Of a stretch of 64,000 nt of DNA, positions 50,071 to 64,000 are shown in pieces (the first letter of the stretch is position 1; each line of letters starts with the position of its first letter). Source of the DNA: the human T2T-CHM13v2.0 reference genome, Homo sapiens; assembly GCF_009914755.1 (NCBI RefSeq), contig NC_060926.1; one strand, 5' to 3'. The notes below the pieces were generated by a model. It was not told the origin of the DNA, searched no databases, and saw only the letters and a list, made by a program, of their open reading frames with translations. The translations under genes and the position numbers were made by a program.

Positions 50071-52789
50071 GTGAGGTTTTTTTTCCCTTTGCCTGTGAGA
50101 ACAAAGTTGAAATGTAGGCTTTGAGCAAACTGATGCTTCCAAAGTTTACACATCACCTTCTGAGCTACAGGGCATTTCTGTGGGAGGTAGGTGGGTTTTC
50201 TCCTTGAGGCTGAATGCCAACTTTTCCTTCTTTTTATTTTTATTACTGCTTGTTAGGATTTTTATCCAATTTGTGCAGCTGAGACAACTTTTATGATTGG
50301 TGTGGGATTTTGCAAAAGTTGCTAAGTGCTAAATTGCTAAATGAGATTCCACGAAATTTCTCTTGATGACAAATCCCTGGAGATTAGATTCTACTTTCAA
50401 AGCGCTCCGGGAGAGTGGTACCAGCTAAGCTGAATCCTGTACCCAGCTCTGCAGAGACAGATCACTTCCTTTGAAGAAGCAGCAGTGACATCTTACCCCT
50501 CACCTACCCAATTATTACTTCCACAGGGATGTGAATCTCCCATTTACGAGCGCTTTCCCAGACAAAACGGGAACTTGTAGCATGTTCAGGGCTGAAAGAT
50601 ATTCTAGACTTCATTTTTGAACAGGTAATGAAGATAATTAGATGATGACTGTGGACATAGAACTATCAGAGTGGAACATTTTATGAAAGGAACACTATAA
50701 AACTTTGAGGAGAGGCACTTGGGGAAACTTACTCAGAAGGCCAGGTCTTTCTTGATGAGTATTTTTCTTTGGTCCTCCTCTTTAGATGGTGACCCAGTTA
50801 TATAAAATATTTCTATCAGAAGGGAACTGGGTTGGGCCAGGTGGGGGAAAATCTAGGAAAGGCAGCCTCCCAGCAGTTCATGGTTTCTAGATAGTGGTCA
50901 AGAAGAGGTCACATTAATCCTATTTGCAGATAGGATTTCCCACCAACCCCATTCATGGGATTTATCAGAGGCCTTCTGACAACCTGGGAGCCCTCCTCAG
51001 GGGTCCGAGAACCATCCTTAAAGGTCCTGAGAAAATGTACATGTTCAGAAGATCCTATTTCTGTCAGAGTCCTGCTTTTCATCCTATCCAAACCTAGATC
51101 CAGGAAGGAGTGCTTTTTACAGCTGTAAAACCTGTCCAAGTGCTGCTAAAAGGAGACAGGCTTCCGGTTTTTAGATCTTACAGGAAGTTCTGTTAGTACA
51201 GATGGTTCAGTATAGATGTCACTATCTGTCCCTTGCAGGAGAATAAAGTAGAATGTCAGTGATCAGAGCATTTTTTGTTTCCCCAGTGACAAGCTCAATT
51301 ACCCCTTTTGTCTAAATAACATTTGGCTTTCCTTAAAGCCATTTGTTCCCATTAGTAAAGAATGAAATAAAAATATCTCAAAAGTGTTGATTTCAAACAA
51401 AGACCCAGGCTCAGTCAACATTTCCTTGAGCTGACCTGGGACCAAACTTGCCGGACTGAACTAAATTAGCCATCACTTATGCTTTGTTGGCATTACTGTT
51501 TTTGGAACCATGTTTGGGAATTTTCCCACCTTGGTTCTAGTCCCAAGACTTATTTTAAGGGTACTTACTCCCCCTAAAAGGGCAAGGACTGTTAGGACTC
51601 CAATCTTAGATGTCAAACAGGGCACTGTTACCACCAAACACTCCTCAGTGTGGCATTTCTTATGTAGCCCAAGCATAAATGTTCAGAAATTTTGTTTCCA
51701 TGGATCATAAATACCAGATGTCAAGGCCTAGGCCGGTCTGTTTCTGCTCCTACCTGGTTCTTTGTGATGGTTTCAGTGTGTGTTCTCTCTTCACCCACTG
51801 CCCCCCTAGCTCAGATAACCGAAACCCAGCCAAGCTGAGGTGGCACAGTGTTTATTTTCCTTGCCCCTCTTCACGGCCTCTGCAGTTGTTCTGCACAAAC
51901 GTGTGGCCTTTCTGTAATCTCTGATGAAAAGAGCTACATCCTGAAGTTTTGACTTGCCTGCATTGTGGGCTACACATCTGAGCCAAACTGCAGATCTGTA
52001 GGTGAAGGCTTGTTTTTTCTCTTTAATTGTGCAGATCACTGGGGCTCTCACAGCTGTAATTTGCCTTTCATACACTTTAGTGACAGCCCAAAGAAAACAC
52101 AAAACAAATCCAACCAGAGAAAAAGGGAGGGGGCGAGGGGAACACCAGCTGATGATCTTACAATCAGCAGGGAAAAGAATTGCCTCATACAAATAAATTA
52201 GTAGCTAGGAATAGTGTAGGATTTAATTAATCCTGACACAGATCAGGTGCACCACAGTATGTATAGAGGTCAGATACAATCAGAAACCCACACCCTTAGG
52301 GGTCTTCAGGCCACAAGCCTGGGCCAGAGTATGTTTGCCCTGACTGCTTGGAGGTGTTCTGTTTGGACCCAAACCTAAACACTGAAGAGCGACAAGATTT
52401 GGGAAATCGCCAAGAGCAAAACCTTATTTAGCATGGTATGGAACAGTGGAGAATCTAGGTGCTTCAGCACAACCAAGCCGAAGCCATTCTTTCCCCAATC
52501 CCAGTGGATAACAGACCTAGAATCATCTCCTCTCTACTGGGTAAAACAGTTGTTCTTGGCCTTTTCTGCCACTGACCCCTGAGAGCCCCAAAAAGCTAAA
52601 GTCCCGTGGGCATTGGACCAAGAAATAGGAAAGACCATTTGAACAGTCAACAACAGAGGTACTTGAGGGAGGACTGAGTGTTATGTGGGAAAACCTCTTT
52701 TCTCGGAGTTTCATTGCTTGAGAGTGTATTGATACTGATGATACAGGGAGGCTGCTGGAGGGAGACTTTATAGTAACTGGCTGGGTTTC

Positions 52790-53340
52790 TTTAACTCACA
52801 AGTTAAACATGCTCAAAAAGTGCAATAATACAGAAAAAGCCAAAGTCGATTTCATTGTTGACCAATCCCAGTCACCTCCCCAGAGGTAACTGTGAGGGAT
52901 GGTTTGAGGAGTATGTTTCCAGGCCTTGTTTTATACCTTTACAAACATGTATGTTCATGTTGAGTTATGTGGTTTGGTTAAGCTGGGGTTTAGTTTGGTT
53001 TCATTTGGTTTTGTGTAAATGGTAGCACAGTGTTTGCTTACTATATTGGATGACTTGCTTCTTTTCATTTGACATCTTGAGGGTAATTCAGTACATACTA
53101 ATGCATCTACCCCATCCTTTATATCTGCAGCATAGCATTCCATATTGTGTTGATATGCCAGAGTGTATTAACTGCTCCCCTGTTGATGAGTGTTCAGACT
53201 GTGTCTAGTTTTTTTTTTTTTTACTATTATAAACAATACTGCAATGAACATCCTTGAAATTGCTTCTTTGGGCACATGTTTTACAAAGGATAGAATTTCT
53301 GGGTCAAACACATCCCTGTTTTCATTTTAGTAGGTGCTAT
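52790..53340 (-). mobile_element. Old L1 (L1ME-like) 3' fragment
   Basis: CCCAGAGGTAAC, GCATAGCATTCCAT, CCCCTGTTGATG and ATTATAAACAATACTGCAATGAACATCCTTG are typical antisense L1M 3' motifs. Confidence 0.7.
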
Positions 53341-54354
53341 AAAAGGCTGAGGTTTGCCGTTTAAAATTAACCTGTCCCTGCTTGAGAGCATAGCAGAAAC
53401 TAGTGGACGTCCTGGCTGTAGAGCCCCTGCCACATCTGCCCAACCCATGTGATCTCTATGCCTATCTCTCTTTCTCTACAGTGGGTGTGTTGCTTGCAAG
53501 AGAAGACCTTGGGCACTTTTAGCTGAAGATAATTTTAAACTCAGGGAGTGTTTCTTCAGAACGTTCTTTTTTTTAACTGCCAACTTACGGGGAATATGGA
53601 CCTGGCTCTAAGTGTCAGCTCCCCAGAGCTGTGGTGGCTGTGTCACTGGAGTTAATTCTGTCCCTGGGTTCATCAGGCAGAGTCCTGTTCTCCATGATTA
53701 ATGAGTTCCACTTGCTTTCTTCAAAGAATGCCTGTGCTGTGCCATGCTGTTATTTATTTATGTTTTCTACTAAAAAATTTATGTAAAAAACATCCCTTAA
53801 GGTCAGTATGCAGTATTGTGCTGCAGACTAAACTATCCCAGCAGCCAGAGGTAAACCTACACACCAAGAAAAAGTCTCAAATTTGAGAGGCCTTGGACCA
53901 CAGGCCCCCACACTGGCCCCAAGAGGGGCAGACCTTGTGGGCTTCCTTCTGAGGAAGTTCAGGGCTGCAATACCCAAAGGAAAGGCACTAGGCAGTGAGG
54001 TGGTTTTCTAGTGGGATGTTTATAGGCATAGGCAAAGCTACTAGCCCCCACAGGGGCCAGTAGCAAGGAATGGCGGGTGGAGGAGAAGCCCAGAGACCTG
54101 TCAGTCCAAACACCATTTCTAGCAAAAGCACTGCCCTCATTTCTGTGGTGTGCTGAGAGAAAAGTGTCATAACAAAGTGGCTTTGACTTTGAACATAATG
54201 GAGTGTGTGTGGCTATATAGGTCCAGTGTGTGCTTTCCCTGACCTGCCAAAAATCCAGGACCATTGCCTCCTGGGCATGAGGTATGAGTATTTAACTCAG
54301 GAAAGAAAGCAGCATGAGTTGAGATCTGGATGAACTAGAGTGCATCTCTCTCTG

Positions 54355-54377
54355 ACACACACACACACACACACACA
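54355..54377. repeat. (CA)n microsatellite
   Basis: Direct reading. Confidence 0.85.
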
Positions 54378-57300
54378 GTGCCTTGTTTTGTCTTCTCTGT
54401 GTAATTGCGCAAAATTAAATCCTTTAAATATCACGAACATTCCCCAAAACAAAGGCTCTGCTCCAGAATTGGAATGATAGTATACCATGCCACGGCTTTC
54501 AGCAATACCAGTTTCTTTCTCCAGCAGCAGGACTCATTAACAGGATGCCTGGACTGGACTTCCCTGCAACTTATTAAAGAGCAGCCAGCTCCAGTAACGA
54601 TGGGTGTGCAGAAAGCCTTGAGCTAGAGGCAGCCTTGACCAAAGTCTCATTCTCCAAAGCCTGCTAGTTATTGAAGCTTCATTTAAGCACAAAGAAACTT
54701 TTTGTCTCTTTGTGTTTTCTTGCTGCCACCCAGGGCCTGCGAGAACAGGCATGAGGATTTCAGGGGCTGGTGTGGGCCTCCCCATGGCTTCTCTAGGGCA
54801 GCCCCACAGCTGGCATTGAGAGTGAGATGGTAGTTATTACAACCTAGATGGGGCCAACATGGGTGTGTGAAAGGAGCCCCAGAGATGCCTCATTCGCCTT
54901 GGCCAACTGTGGCCTAAGAGGATGAGCCCCATATTAGTGTTTACAGGGGTCCTGGGCCCACAAACCCATCACTGCTTTCTGGCTCTGCACCTCCTGATGT
55001 GGCTAGGGTCTCCACCTCTTTCTCTGTGGAGGAGCTGGTCACCACTCATCTGCCTTTGTGCCAGGTGCAGTTTGTCTCCAACCTCCAAAATCCCCTTTCT
55101 GCACCTTCCCCTTCTCTTGCTGACCCCTTTTCTTCTCTGGCATCCTTACACTTTCTCTTTCCCTTCATCCATCAATGCCTTCTTCAAAAAAGCATGGGTC
55201 AGATTCCTTCACACAAATGCCGCATGGCTACTTCCTCCAATAATTGCATTTTTACAGGGGACCACACCTGAAGCCAGGTCTCTTAGTAATTACGGTCCTT
55301 GGCCACCAGCAAGCTATTGGGGGAAATCATCTCTTGAATGGGCAGAGAGAGGTACATTTTTGGTAGCTGTAAAATGATATCACAGAGTCATTCATTCTCA
55401 TTCATTCTTGTGTTCAGAAGAAGAGCCCATCTTTTAAGTACAGTGAATTCTGTTAGTGACATACAGGTGTACAGTTTCTTTTCAAGGACCTACAAAATAA
55501 AAGGGGCTATCTTTCAGAAGATATTCTTCTTCACATTGGAAATGGATGCAGTTTTGATTCTTCAACTCCATTTTCTCACTTGTCCAAGGTTGTACCAAAC
55601 CACTCCATCTGAGTGACATAGTGATGTTTCTAACATCCACACCTCAAATATTGGAACTAGAGGAGGGGAGAAATTTCAAAGCCCACTGGAAAAAAACTCC
55701 CTGAAATATGAAGATACATGACTTTTTCCCCTAGCATCCCAGGAAAAAAAATAAGACTACACAAGAGGGGGAAAAAACAGCAGGTTTTCCTTGAAATGCT
55801 CTGTTTTTCCCACCCTCATGCCCTAAGAGAAGGTAGCCAACAAAAGAAATGAAAAGAGCCAATTGCTTGTTCACATATCTACTTACAACAATGGAGAATA
55901 GCTGATTTTTCAAAGACTTGGGGTAAAAAAGAGGTTCTAGAATTTTCTTTCATCAGCTTTGCTGTGTTTTTCCAGTCTGCACAATTGTGAAGCCTATCTT
56001 TATAGCCAAACATGTCTCTGGCTGCATTTTTCTTCTTTTCATGCCATTGTTGGGGCTCATTGGAGACATTCTGGCCTCAGCTGCTCATCCGCCTCCACAC
56101 TTGAAAGTATTACTAGGTCATTTCACAGTCTTCTTGTTTGCAGTCAGTATTTCCAATTCTTTTTAGTGTTTCCTTCTAGTTATTCAACTAAAAATAATAG
56201 AAACGAATGGCTAAATTCAAGATCAAACTCTTCCAGTAATCTCACACCAAGCCCCCTCCTTTTTTTTCCGCACTTGAAACCATTTGAAAAATTCCAAAAA
56301 ATATTTTTTCCATGACCGTGCCTAGATTTGGCTGTAGCCCAAGAGATAAAAGCCTGTGATAAAGGCTCTTCTGATGGTGCTTCTAAACTCAAGCCAAACC
56401 CAGCAAGGAATGAATGGCTCTCAAGTAGCCCGACTTCTTAACAGAGGAGATTTGGCAAAGTTTAGATCAACACCTGAATGTTTGGCTCCTTATTGCAACT
56501 TGGATGAACAAACTGAATTGGGAAATTAAGTGTGGTGGGGAAGGCGGACCTTCAGCCAATACTAAATATTAAACTGAATTAAACCGAATTTTGAAGTGCC
56601 AAGAAGAATCTCCTTAGTCCTTTGTTATTTATCTTTTACTGAGGTCTCAGTGTTGTATTTCCTGCTGGGATTAAAAGAGAATGGCTGAGAGAAGTTTCTG
56701 GAGGCTACTCATCTGAAAAATCCAGCGATTTAACTGGCCCATGGGGTTCAGAAACTTGGAATCAAGTTCAACAAAGGCACTAAGTGGCCAAGAGCTTATC
56801 CCAAATAAATCACAGCCCCCAAACAAGGTGTTGAAAATCTATGGCTTACTCTCAGTTCTACTGCTGATTTATTCAATGACTTATTGCACTTCTCTACCCT
56901 CCCTCCTCAATTTCATCTCTAAAGTCAAAGTGATGACACCTGGTACCTGTGAAAATGAATGATTTCAGTGGTTTCCTGTGTGTAAGAGGCTCTTCGATCC
57001 TTGCCTTCAAGGCTGGTTGAAATGTGGTAGGTTAAGTGGATGTGCTAAGACTGGCTTTCCATGAGGTTTTCTCAGCCCAGCCTCAGTTAACACAGAGGCT
57101 TAAAACTATAGGCACAATTTACCCACTTTGTCAGTTCCTCAGTCACCAATTAGCAGGACTAAGTCCTGAGCCAAACGGGCAAGTATTGAACACATAGAAC
57201 CTCATGGGTTCTCTTGACCTGTCCTTTTTGTGGTCTTCTCTTTCTGTGCACACCTTAAAACAAATGGTTTCAGGGAGTGGCCACTCCCAGGAGAGGACAG

Positions 57301-58068
57301 AGTTAGGGTGAAGAATGGGGCAGTGAGCATCATGGGGCAATGGAGCCCTTTTGTTCAGAAGTTGCCTTGTCTCCCTCAACCATCACCCTCTTCAAAGAAC
57401 CCTCATCAGAAAGGCCCTCGTACCTTTCTCATTTCCTTCCTGTAAAGACAAGGGAATTCTAGAGGAGAGGAGAGCATCAGTGTTTACTTTACAGAGGAGC
57501 AAACAGAGACCCAGGGAGGTCAATGACTGGTCAAGGCTCTGACACCTGAGGCAGAACCACATGGGAGGTAGGCATTCCGCCCCCAGCCTAGGGCCCTCCA
57601 CATCCCACGCCGCTTCCTTCAGTGCAGGGTGATGCTGCCACTGACCAGGCTTCTGAGTGTCTCTGCTGTACACTCCAGATGACAAGCCTGTCATCAGCTT
57701 CAAGCAGACCTCTTAATCCACTGCTCAGGGTTGGCATGGAAGGGACTCTTCAAAGAAACCAGCACATTAGTGACCTGAAATGATCTGTGTCCCAGGGCTG
57801 TCTTAAATTATTTACCCAAAAGTAACCAGTGGTTTGGGGCAGACTTCTCACTTTCCTGGCCATATTGTGAAGCTCCTTTACAATGCGGGAAGTAAACAGT
57901 GTCGAGGCCAATATACTCATACAATATGCTCTGTGTAGACACAGAGCGAAGGCTGAGAATTTTCTGTAAGAAACTGCAGAAAAGCAAACTAATGAAGGAA
58001 TGCTAATCCCAAATAATCTTAACTTAGAAGAAGGAAGAAAATGAGGGAGAGAGGAAAGATAAAAAAAA

Positions 58069-58073
<5 letters not shown>

Positions 58074-58106
<33 letters not shown>
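58074..58106. repeat. (TG)n microsatellite
   Basis: Direct reading. Confidence 0.9.
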
Positions 58107-58107
<1 letters not shown>

Positions 58108-61100
58108 AGAGAAAGAGAGAGTGAGAAAGAATGGAAAGGGCCATAAGAGAGGGCCTTCTTATTTGAGGACTAAATCATTCTCAGTAGGAATTTCCAGGCA
58201 GCAGGTTGGAGTGTCTTGGGGGTGTTTCCCCTGAGCAGCATGTGTGGTCTTACACTACCAGGCAGTGTTCCAGGGAAAAGCTTATTTCATTAGAAGAGGT
58301 TGGGTTTGTGACTGGATATGGCGTTCACCCTTTGTGCCGTAGTGTTGCAATGTATTGACAAGCACACTAGAGAATATTTGACTCTTCCAGGGTGGAGGGT
58401 GTTTCTGGAACAGTCTTGTGGGTGTTTTCATAACTAGCCACCCTGGTCTCTCATTCCAAAAAATCAGGACAGCAGGAGATCAGTGAGACCTTGAATCATG
58501 CCTCACCGTGTACCTACTCTGTCTCTCGATGATGCAGAGAGAAGGGACACTGACCAAAATAAGGTGACTTTTTGGCCTGAGACTGATCTTCATATGAAAA
58601 TGACCAGAGTTTTGTGAAGTTGGGTTGTATTTGTTTTTAAGCAGTAGCTACTGTGCCCACTTGATTACTCAAGCTCTGTAAAACCCCTTCCCATCATTCA
58701 TTCAGAGCTGACCTCTTTCTCTCACTGTGCTGATCTGCAACAGCTGGGGAAGGGATGGGTGTTGGAGATCGGGAGGGCAGAGGTCTGACTCTCACATAGA
58801 TATATGCAAGGTGGAAGATTTGTGGCAAAGCTAGGTGATCGCTTTGAATTCCTTGATGAGCCTGATACGAATGAATGCAAGCCAAAAGACAAGAGATCAG
58901 GTGCCATGTTGAAAGCATTTCTATCAATCAGACAGATAAAGGGAACAGAAATCCCCCGATGCCCAACTTGCAGCAGCCTCAATTCCACAGTATCCTCCTC
59001 TACACTCCCACATTTTCCTTCCTGATAGTGGCCCAGGCTCATTTGCCCAATCCCTGCCCTGGACTCCAGCAGCACTTGGGAGTCCTCTCCGCAATGCCTC
59101 ACTTTCTTTCATGCTAATTTGGCATGGGTGAGTCTTCACTTCCCAACCACCCTGAAGGGCCTTGATGGTAGACACCTGGTCCCTTACATCTTTATTTTCC
59201 AAAGTCATCAGTTTGTTTCCTGGGCATGCAGTGAGCCCTCTTACTAAGTGGTGTTAGGCTGGTTAGTTGGTTAATGAAAACTGCCCTTTGAAGAACAATG
59301 TAATTTAGTTTCCTGCTCTGGGTGATGCCTGTCATGGAAAGCATGAAACCCCAAATTTCAGATCCCCACTTCTTCATGTTCATGAGAAGCCCCTCAAAGC
59401 CCTACTCTATCAAAGTAGTGAGCCAGTGAAACAGGCAACCAAAGTGTGTATCCAGCCAATCCGGATCTGAGATAAGGCAGACTCTTTTATTTTATTAGAA
59501 GGGGGCAGTAGGGATATGGTGGTAGTTACAGTGTCCCAGCTACACCCAAAGAACTTGAATGCAGACTGGGGATCCACCCTGGCCCTAATACAGTTATTTG
59601 AGAGTCAGTATTTGTAGTCAGGCTGACCTGAGACTGAATCCACATGGGGGCCTAGAAGGAAACAGGGTCATGGGAGCACAAAGGTTGAAAGCGGAACTCG
59701 TGTGGGTGGTAAGATCCCTTCCTGACCTGCATTCTTCTAGAGGTTTGGACCATTCCACTCTCCCTAGCCCATCTCACACTCACCAACACACCCACCCACT
59801 AAAACAGAGTCCTGGAACTTCCTCTTCAAGTTTTCCCCATTGAAAACAAAATTCTGAGTCCCTGGTTCCTTTCTCCCACTCTCTCCTGATGTCTGCCCTG
59901 ACTTCGGCAGCTAGGTCTGCCATCCTGTGGCTGCCATTTCCCCTTTCCAGGGAGCTGTGGCCTCTACCCTCTGCCTTGGGCTCCTAGCTCATCATTCTCC
60001 CCTCTGCCTCCCAGAGGCCGGTAGCTTTACCCGTTGGTTCTCCTGGTAGCATCTTACCTGCCACACCTTGCCTATTCTTTGCTAGAACTACAGGGACCTA
60101 ATGAGAGAACCACATTCCTTCCTGCTGGCCTCCTAAGGAAACAGGCTGCAGTTTACCTACCAGGCTCAACAGAAAAGGAAAGTGGCTGGTAAAGGGCAAA
60201 GATGCTTTTGAGAGAGAGAAAGCTCTTAATCAAACACAGATATCAAGAATATTAGCAAGGGGACTAGAGAAAATTGCTATCAAAGTAAATGGTTTTTTGT
60301 ACAAATGTTCCCTTTATTTGTGTTTTCCCCAGTGTGCCATTCTTTCTTTAAGGCTTGGTGAACAGATGTGCTTTTGAAAATGTTGATTAACTTATCCTTT
60401 TTTTGACCCCCTTCCCACTCACTCAAACTCAGGGGAGCAGTGATTATATAAAAAGCCAAGTCAAGCCACTAAAGTGTTCTTCTTCACCTTAAGTAGCCTT
60501 TGATTCTCCAGGTGCAGAAATCTCAGCTGCATCTGGGCAATTGATTTCATTGAGTCTTAGAAATGGGCCAATTCTTAGGAAATCATCTCATCCAGTCCTC
60601 AACCTCCAGAGACAAGAGGCCGTGATCTCCTGTGATAAAATGTTCTCAAAATCATTAGCATCATTTTACCCTTTTTCCTTTAAGATCAATGCCACATTCA
60701 CCCCTTTCCAGCCAGTGATCTATGGTATCCTAAGACTTCTTCCCTGAGGGTGTGAGATGGAGCAAGATGGCATTCTAGCCTCCAAGAATTCATCACATCC
60801 TTGGCAGAAACAAGATCCCTAAAAGCAAGCATAGGATTTGGCCCAGAAGTCACTGGCAGGAGCCCCGTGGTTCTCATCCTAGGCTGATTCACATATTCTT
60901 ATCCAGTGTTCTGCCTCTTTTACTGGTGAAGATGTTAAGACATATGAGCAGCCCATCAAACCAATTAATTGTTGGAAATGTGACGGTTTTCTTCCATGTT
61001 TTTTTTTTTTTTCATATGGAAAAAAACCCTGTGGGTTGACTTTCACAAGCTCGATTTGATCCCTGTGACAAACACCACCTTCCTCTTGTTGATTCATGTT

Positions 61101-62584
61101 CACATCTCCCTTCCAAGGAAACAACCTGCTCTGTTGGGGCCTGGAGGAGAATGCAGGGAATGGGCGTTGAGGTGGGGAGGCTGGCGTGGCCTGCAGGTGC
61201 CACTTGCTGTGCTTTAAACATGCAAGGAATGGGCTGGAGTTATGGAGGATTAGTGCCATGTGGCATCAATCTTTTAAGTGGGGTCTTGGCAAGTTGTTTT
61301 GTGCATCCCTTACTAGGGACCGAGGGGGATGAGAATGTGCTTTAGCACTTTGGCCAGAAATGAGAAAGACTTCTAACATGATTGAAACCATGGCCTCCAG
61401 GAAAAGACTGAATTTCAAATGTGACAGTGATGGATCAATGCTCAGTTCAGATCATGGTCAAGTAGATCTTCCCCGAGATGTAGTGCTGATGAAGGAAGCT
61501 TTCGGGATGGTCTAAAGTTCTTTTTCTCCCTCTTGTCTGATACTTCAGCCGTTTGGGATTTTGATTTTCTTTTAAGCCTTGATTTTTGGATTTCAATTTA
61601 TAGTAGTGACTTCAAGATTGTTTATCTGACTTGGTGGAACAAAACTCTGAGAGGGCCATACACATTCACTGGGGCTGTCTTGAGCTGACAGCTTGGAAAG
61701 GCATAATTAGCTTGTGAGATAGGAAGAAATGATAAGATGTTGCTCTTTGCCATGCATTTGATGTTCTCTATTAATGTTTTACCATTTTAGACAGATAACT
61801 TTCAGTGGTTCTGATTTCTATAAGTTGGACAGCACAGTGAATAGAGAGACCTGTATTATCACCCTCCCAAATTATCATGAAAAAGAAAAAGATAGACAGT
61901 GATAATACTGGAGAAAACTCATAGTAAATTAACTTAGCCTGGCTAGTCAGATTGGATGCCCATCTTTGATCTATTCTAAACCACGAAGAAAGCTAATAGG
62001 AAAAATAGACTTGGGAAGGATGAGAAATATTAGCACAGATATGTGAAGGTCAACAGGCATTATGACATGCCTTCCATTTCTGCTCTTAAATTAAAACATA
62101 TAATGATGAAACAAGACTTCCTTAAACTACCATATGTTTACATGAAATCCAGAGGAGAAAGACTCTGATGCTTTTGTGCCCACTGAGATGCGTGCCTATG
62201 AAGAGGTGCAGCATGATACACTAAATGGACATCCCAGTAAAGGCAGCTGCTGTTGGGCATAAGATGCCATTGAAGGTGCCTTAAATGAAACCTGTGTTCC
62301 TAATGAATGCCAGTCATTAAAAAGGCACAGTGGCAGGGGTTGCTTGGCACTGAAGACCCAGAGTTTCTTCTTAGTTCTGTGTTACTGGTTGTGGTTGGAG
62401 GAAGACACAGGTCATCTGAAGGAGAACAATCCAGTAATGTCCATAATGAATGATCTAGAAGTAGAGGTGATTCTCTAGCTGCCTGCCAGAATGGGGAGTC
62501 ATTCTCGTAAAGATTGCCTCCCTGCCTTTTAGCCATGGTGATAGAACTTGTTATTAACTTGTTTTTATTTTCTTTATATTATAG

Positions 62585-62635
62585 TGGACATCCCAGAAAT
62601 ACATGAGAGAGAAGGATATGAAGATGAAATTGATG
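62585..62635 (+). CDS. NRP2: NRP2 exon 16a (51 nt, phase 1-1), the 17-aa insert of NRP2a(17/22); not in the ORF track
   Basis: tttatattatag|TGGAC ... GATG|gtgagt; encodes (V)DIPEIHEREGYEDEID. Confidence 0.94.
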
Positions 62636-63554
62636 GTGAGTACTGTTATGATTTAGCAGGTAATCGTAAAATTCAAGTTTGGTTATAAAGGTGTCAACAA
62701 AAATAATGCTCTGGGTATCGGAGGGCCCAAATCTAGAACTATCAGTCAGAAATATATAAAAGAATCTGGAGAAAAATGAGGGAACCATCAATGGATCTGT
62801 CAGGGTCAACTTTAGAGGTTTAGAAAGTTTATTGAGTTCCTCTGCCTAATCTGAAACAGATCCCCTCTTTCCAGTAACTTTTTACCTGGATGGACTTTGA
62901 ATCTGAATAAACCCTTTACAAGTGAAAGATCAGCTCCTCCATACGTGTCATAGTCTGAATCTTTTGACCTTCTCCCAAAAATGGCCTGAGTGAATGAGCA
63001 TAATGTGAATATTCTCCCAGACCTGCTGTGGTTTCTGGTTCCCTGGCTTGGGGGAAACCTTCCTCACACTATTCAAGATTCCAATTTGGAGCTTCTTGCA
63101 AGATTTCGGTTTCTTTTTCACACTGACCATCTCGTATCTTTATATTTATTCCAAGTTCTATTTTTCCACTGCAAACACATATACTTCAAGAGGCTAGAGG
63201 GCTGCTGAGCAAATATGTAGATGTAATTTCTTCCCTCAACTCAGAATAGCACAGGTCTCTCTCTGGGCTTCTCTGAGTACCAGAGTTGATCTCCAACAGA
63301 CTCAACAGCAAGATTCCACTTAAAGAATAACTGTAGACTAAGATTGATGAATTTAAGAGGAACAGTTTATAGAGCAGCTGCTTTTAACCTGCCTTTAATC
63401 AGAAACTTCATGCGTAGTTATAGAAACTGGAGTGACTAACCCAAACAGCACCTTGTTAACTGACTGCAGACTCTCCCTGCAAAACCCAGTCCAACACTCC
63501 TTTTATGGGCAAAAGTGCATGACCAACCTACATGGAGAGACCGCAGTAGATCAG

Positions 63555-63800
63555 GCAGAGGCGCACTGGAATGGAGTAGAAAGGGCAATGGGTAAGGAGG
63601 CAGAAAGCCTGATCTCCATTCCTGCTTTAACTGCTTGCTAAGCCTGTGACCTGGAGTGAGTTACCTAGTTGCCTAATTTCTTTAAACCTCAGTTTCCTCA
63701 CCTATTAAAATATATATAATATCCTGCCTTCTTCATGGGATTATTAGGATATTTCAAAAAATGATGCCCAGATGTGGGCATGCCTTGGCCACAGTGTAGA
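63555..63800 (+). mobile_element. MIR
   Basis: CTGTGACCTGG...CCTCAGTTTCCTCACCTATTAAA. Confidence 0.65.
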
Positions 63801-63807
63801 AACGTAA

Positions 63808-64000
63808 TTAGATTAGTCTGCTAGGGCTTCCAGAACAGAGCACCACTGACTGGGTGGCTTACAACAGACATATATTTTCTCACAGTTCTGGAGGCTAGAA
63901 ATGTAAGATCAACATGTGGACAGGGTTGGTTCCTTCTGAGGGCTGTAAGAAAGGATCTATTCTAGCTCTGTCTCCTTGGCTTGGAGATGGCCATTCTCCT
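63808..64000 (-). mobile_element. MLT1 (MaLR) LTR, truncated by the window end
   Basis: ACTGGGTGGCTTACAACAG...TTCTCACAGTTCTGGAGGCTAGAA...GGTTGGTTCCTTCTGAGGGCTG. Confidence 0.85.

Overview
Mammalian (Alu-bearing, so primate; the protein matches human as I recall it) genomic DNA from the central and 3' part of NRP2 (neuropilin-2), transcribed on the + strand. The window starts in intron 7 and holds coding exons 8-15, the NRP2b alternative last exon 16b with its 3' UTR, and the 51-nt NRP2a exon 16a. Exons 1-7 and 17 lie outside. All exon boundaries were read from AG/GT sites and chain in frame through the end of the b1 domain, b2, the linker, the MAM domain and the juxtamembrane region. Known isoform switches are visible: soluble s9 read-through (VGCSWRPL plus AATAAA), dual exon-15 donors (+/-GENFK), and 16a versus 16b. 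I found only two Alus, plus MIR, L2, L3, L1M, MER3, MER58A, MER63 and MLT1 relics. Repeat names come from recall, not a database run. Most ORF-track entries are noise. The most notable candidate signals, all untested: (1) the two Alus are inverted and bracket exons 8+9 (495 nt, phase 0-0, stop-free), and exons 8 and 10 are paralogous 145-nt exons, predicting an endless-ORF circRNA and a chimeric b1/b2 skip isoform; (2) near-consensus CTCF motifs sit at both isoform decision points, one spanning the 16b acceptor; (3) an exact 39-bp dispersed duplication flanks exons 14-15; (4) RBFOX sites, a perfect RFX X-box and an AP-1/RUNX/TEAD cluster. I cannot confirm that any of these is novel without database searches.
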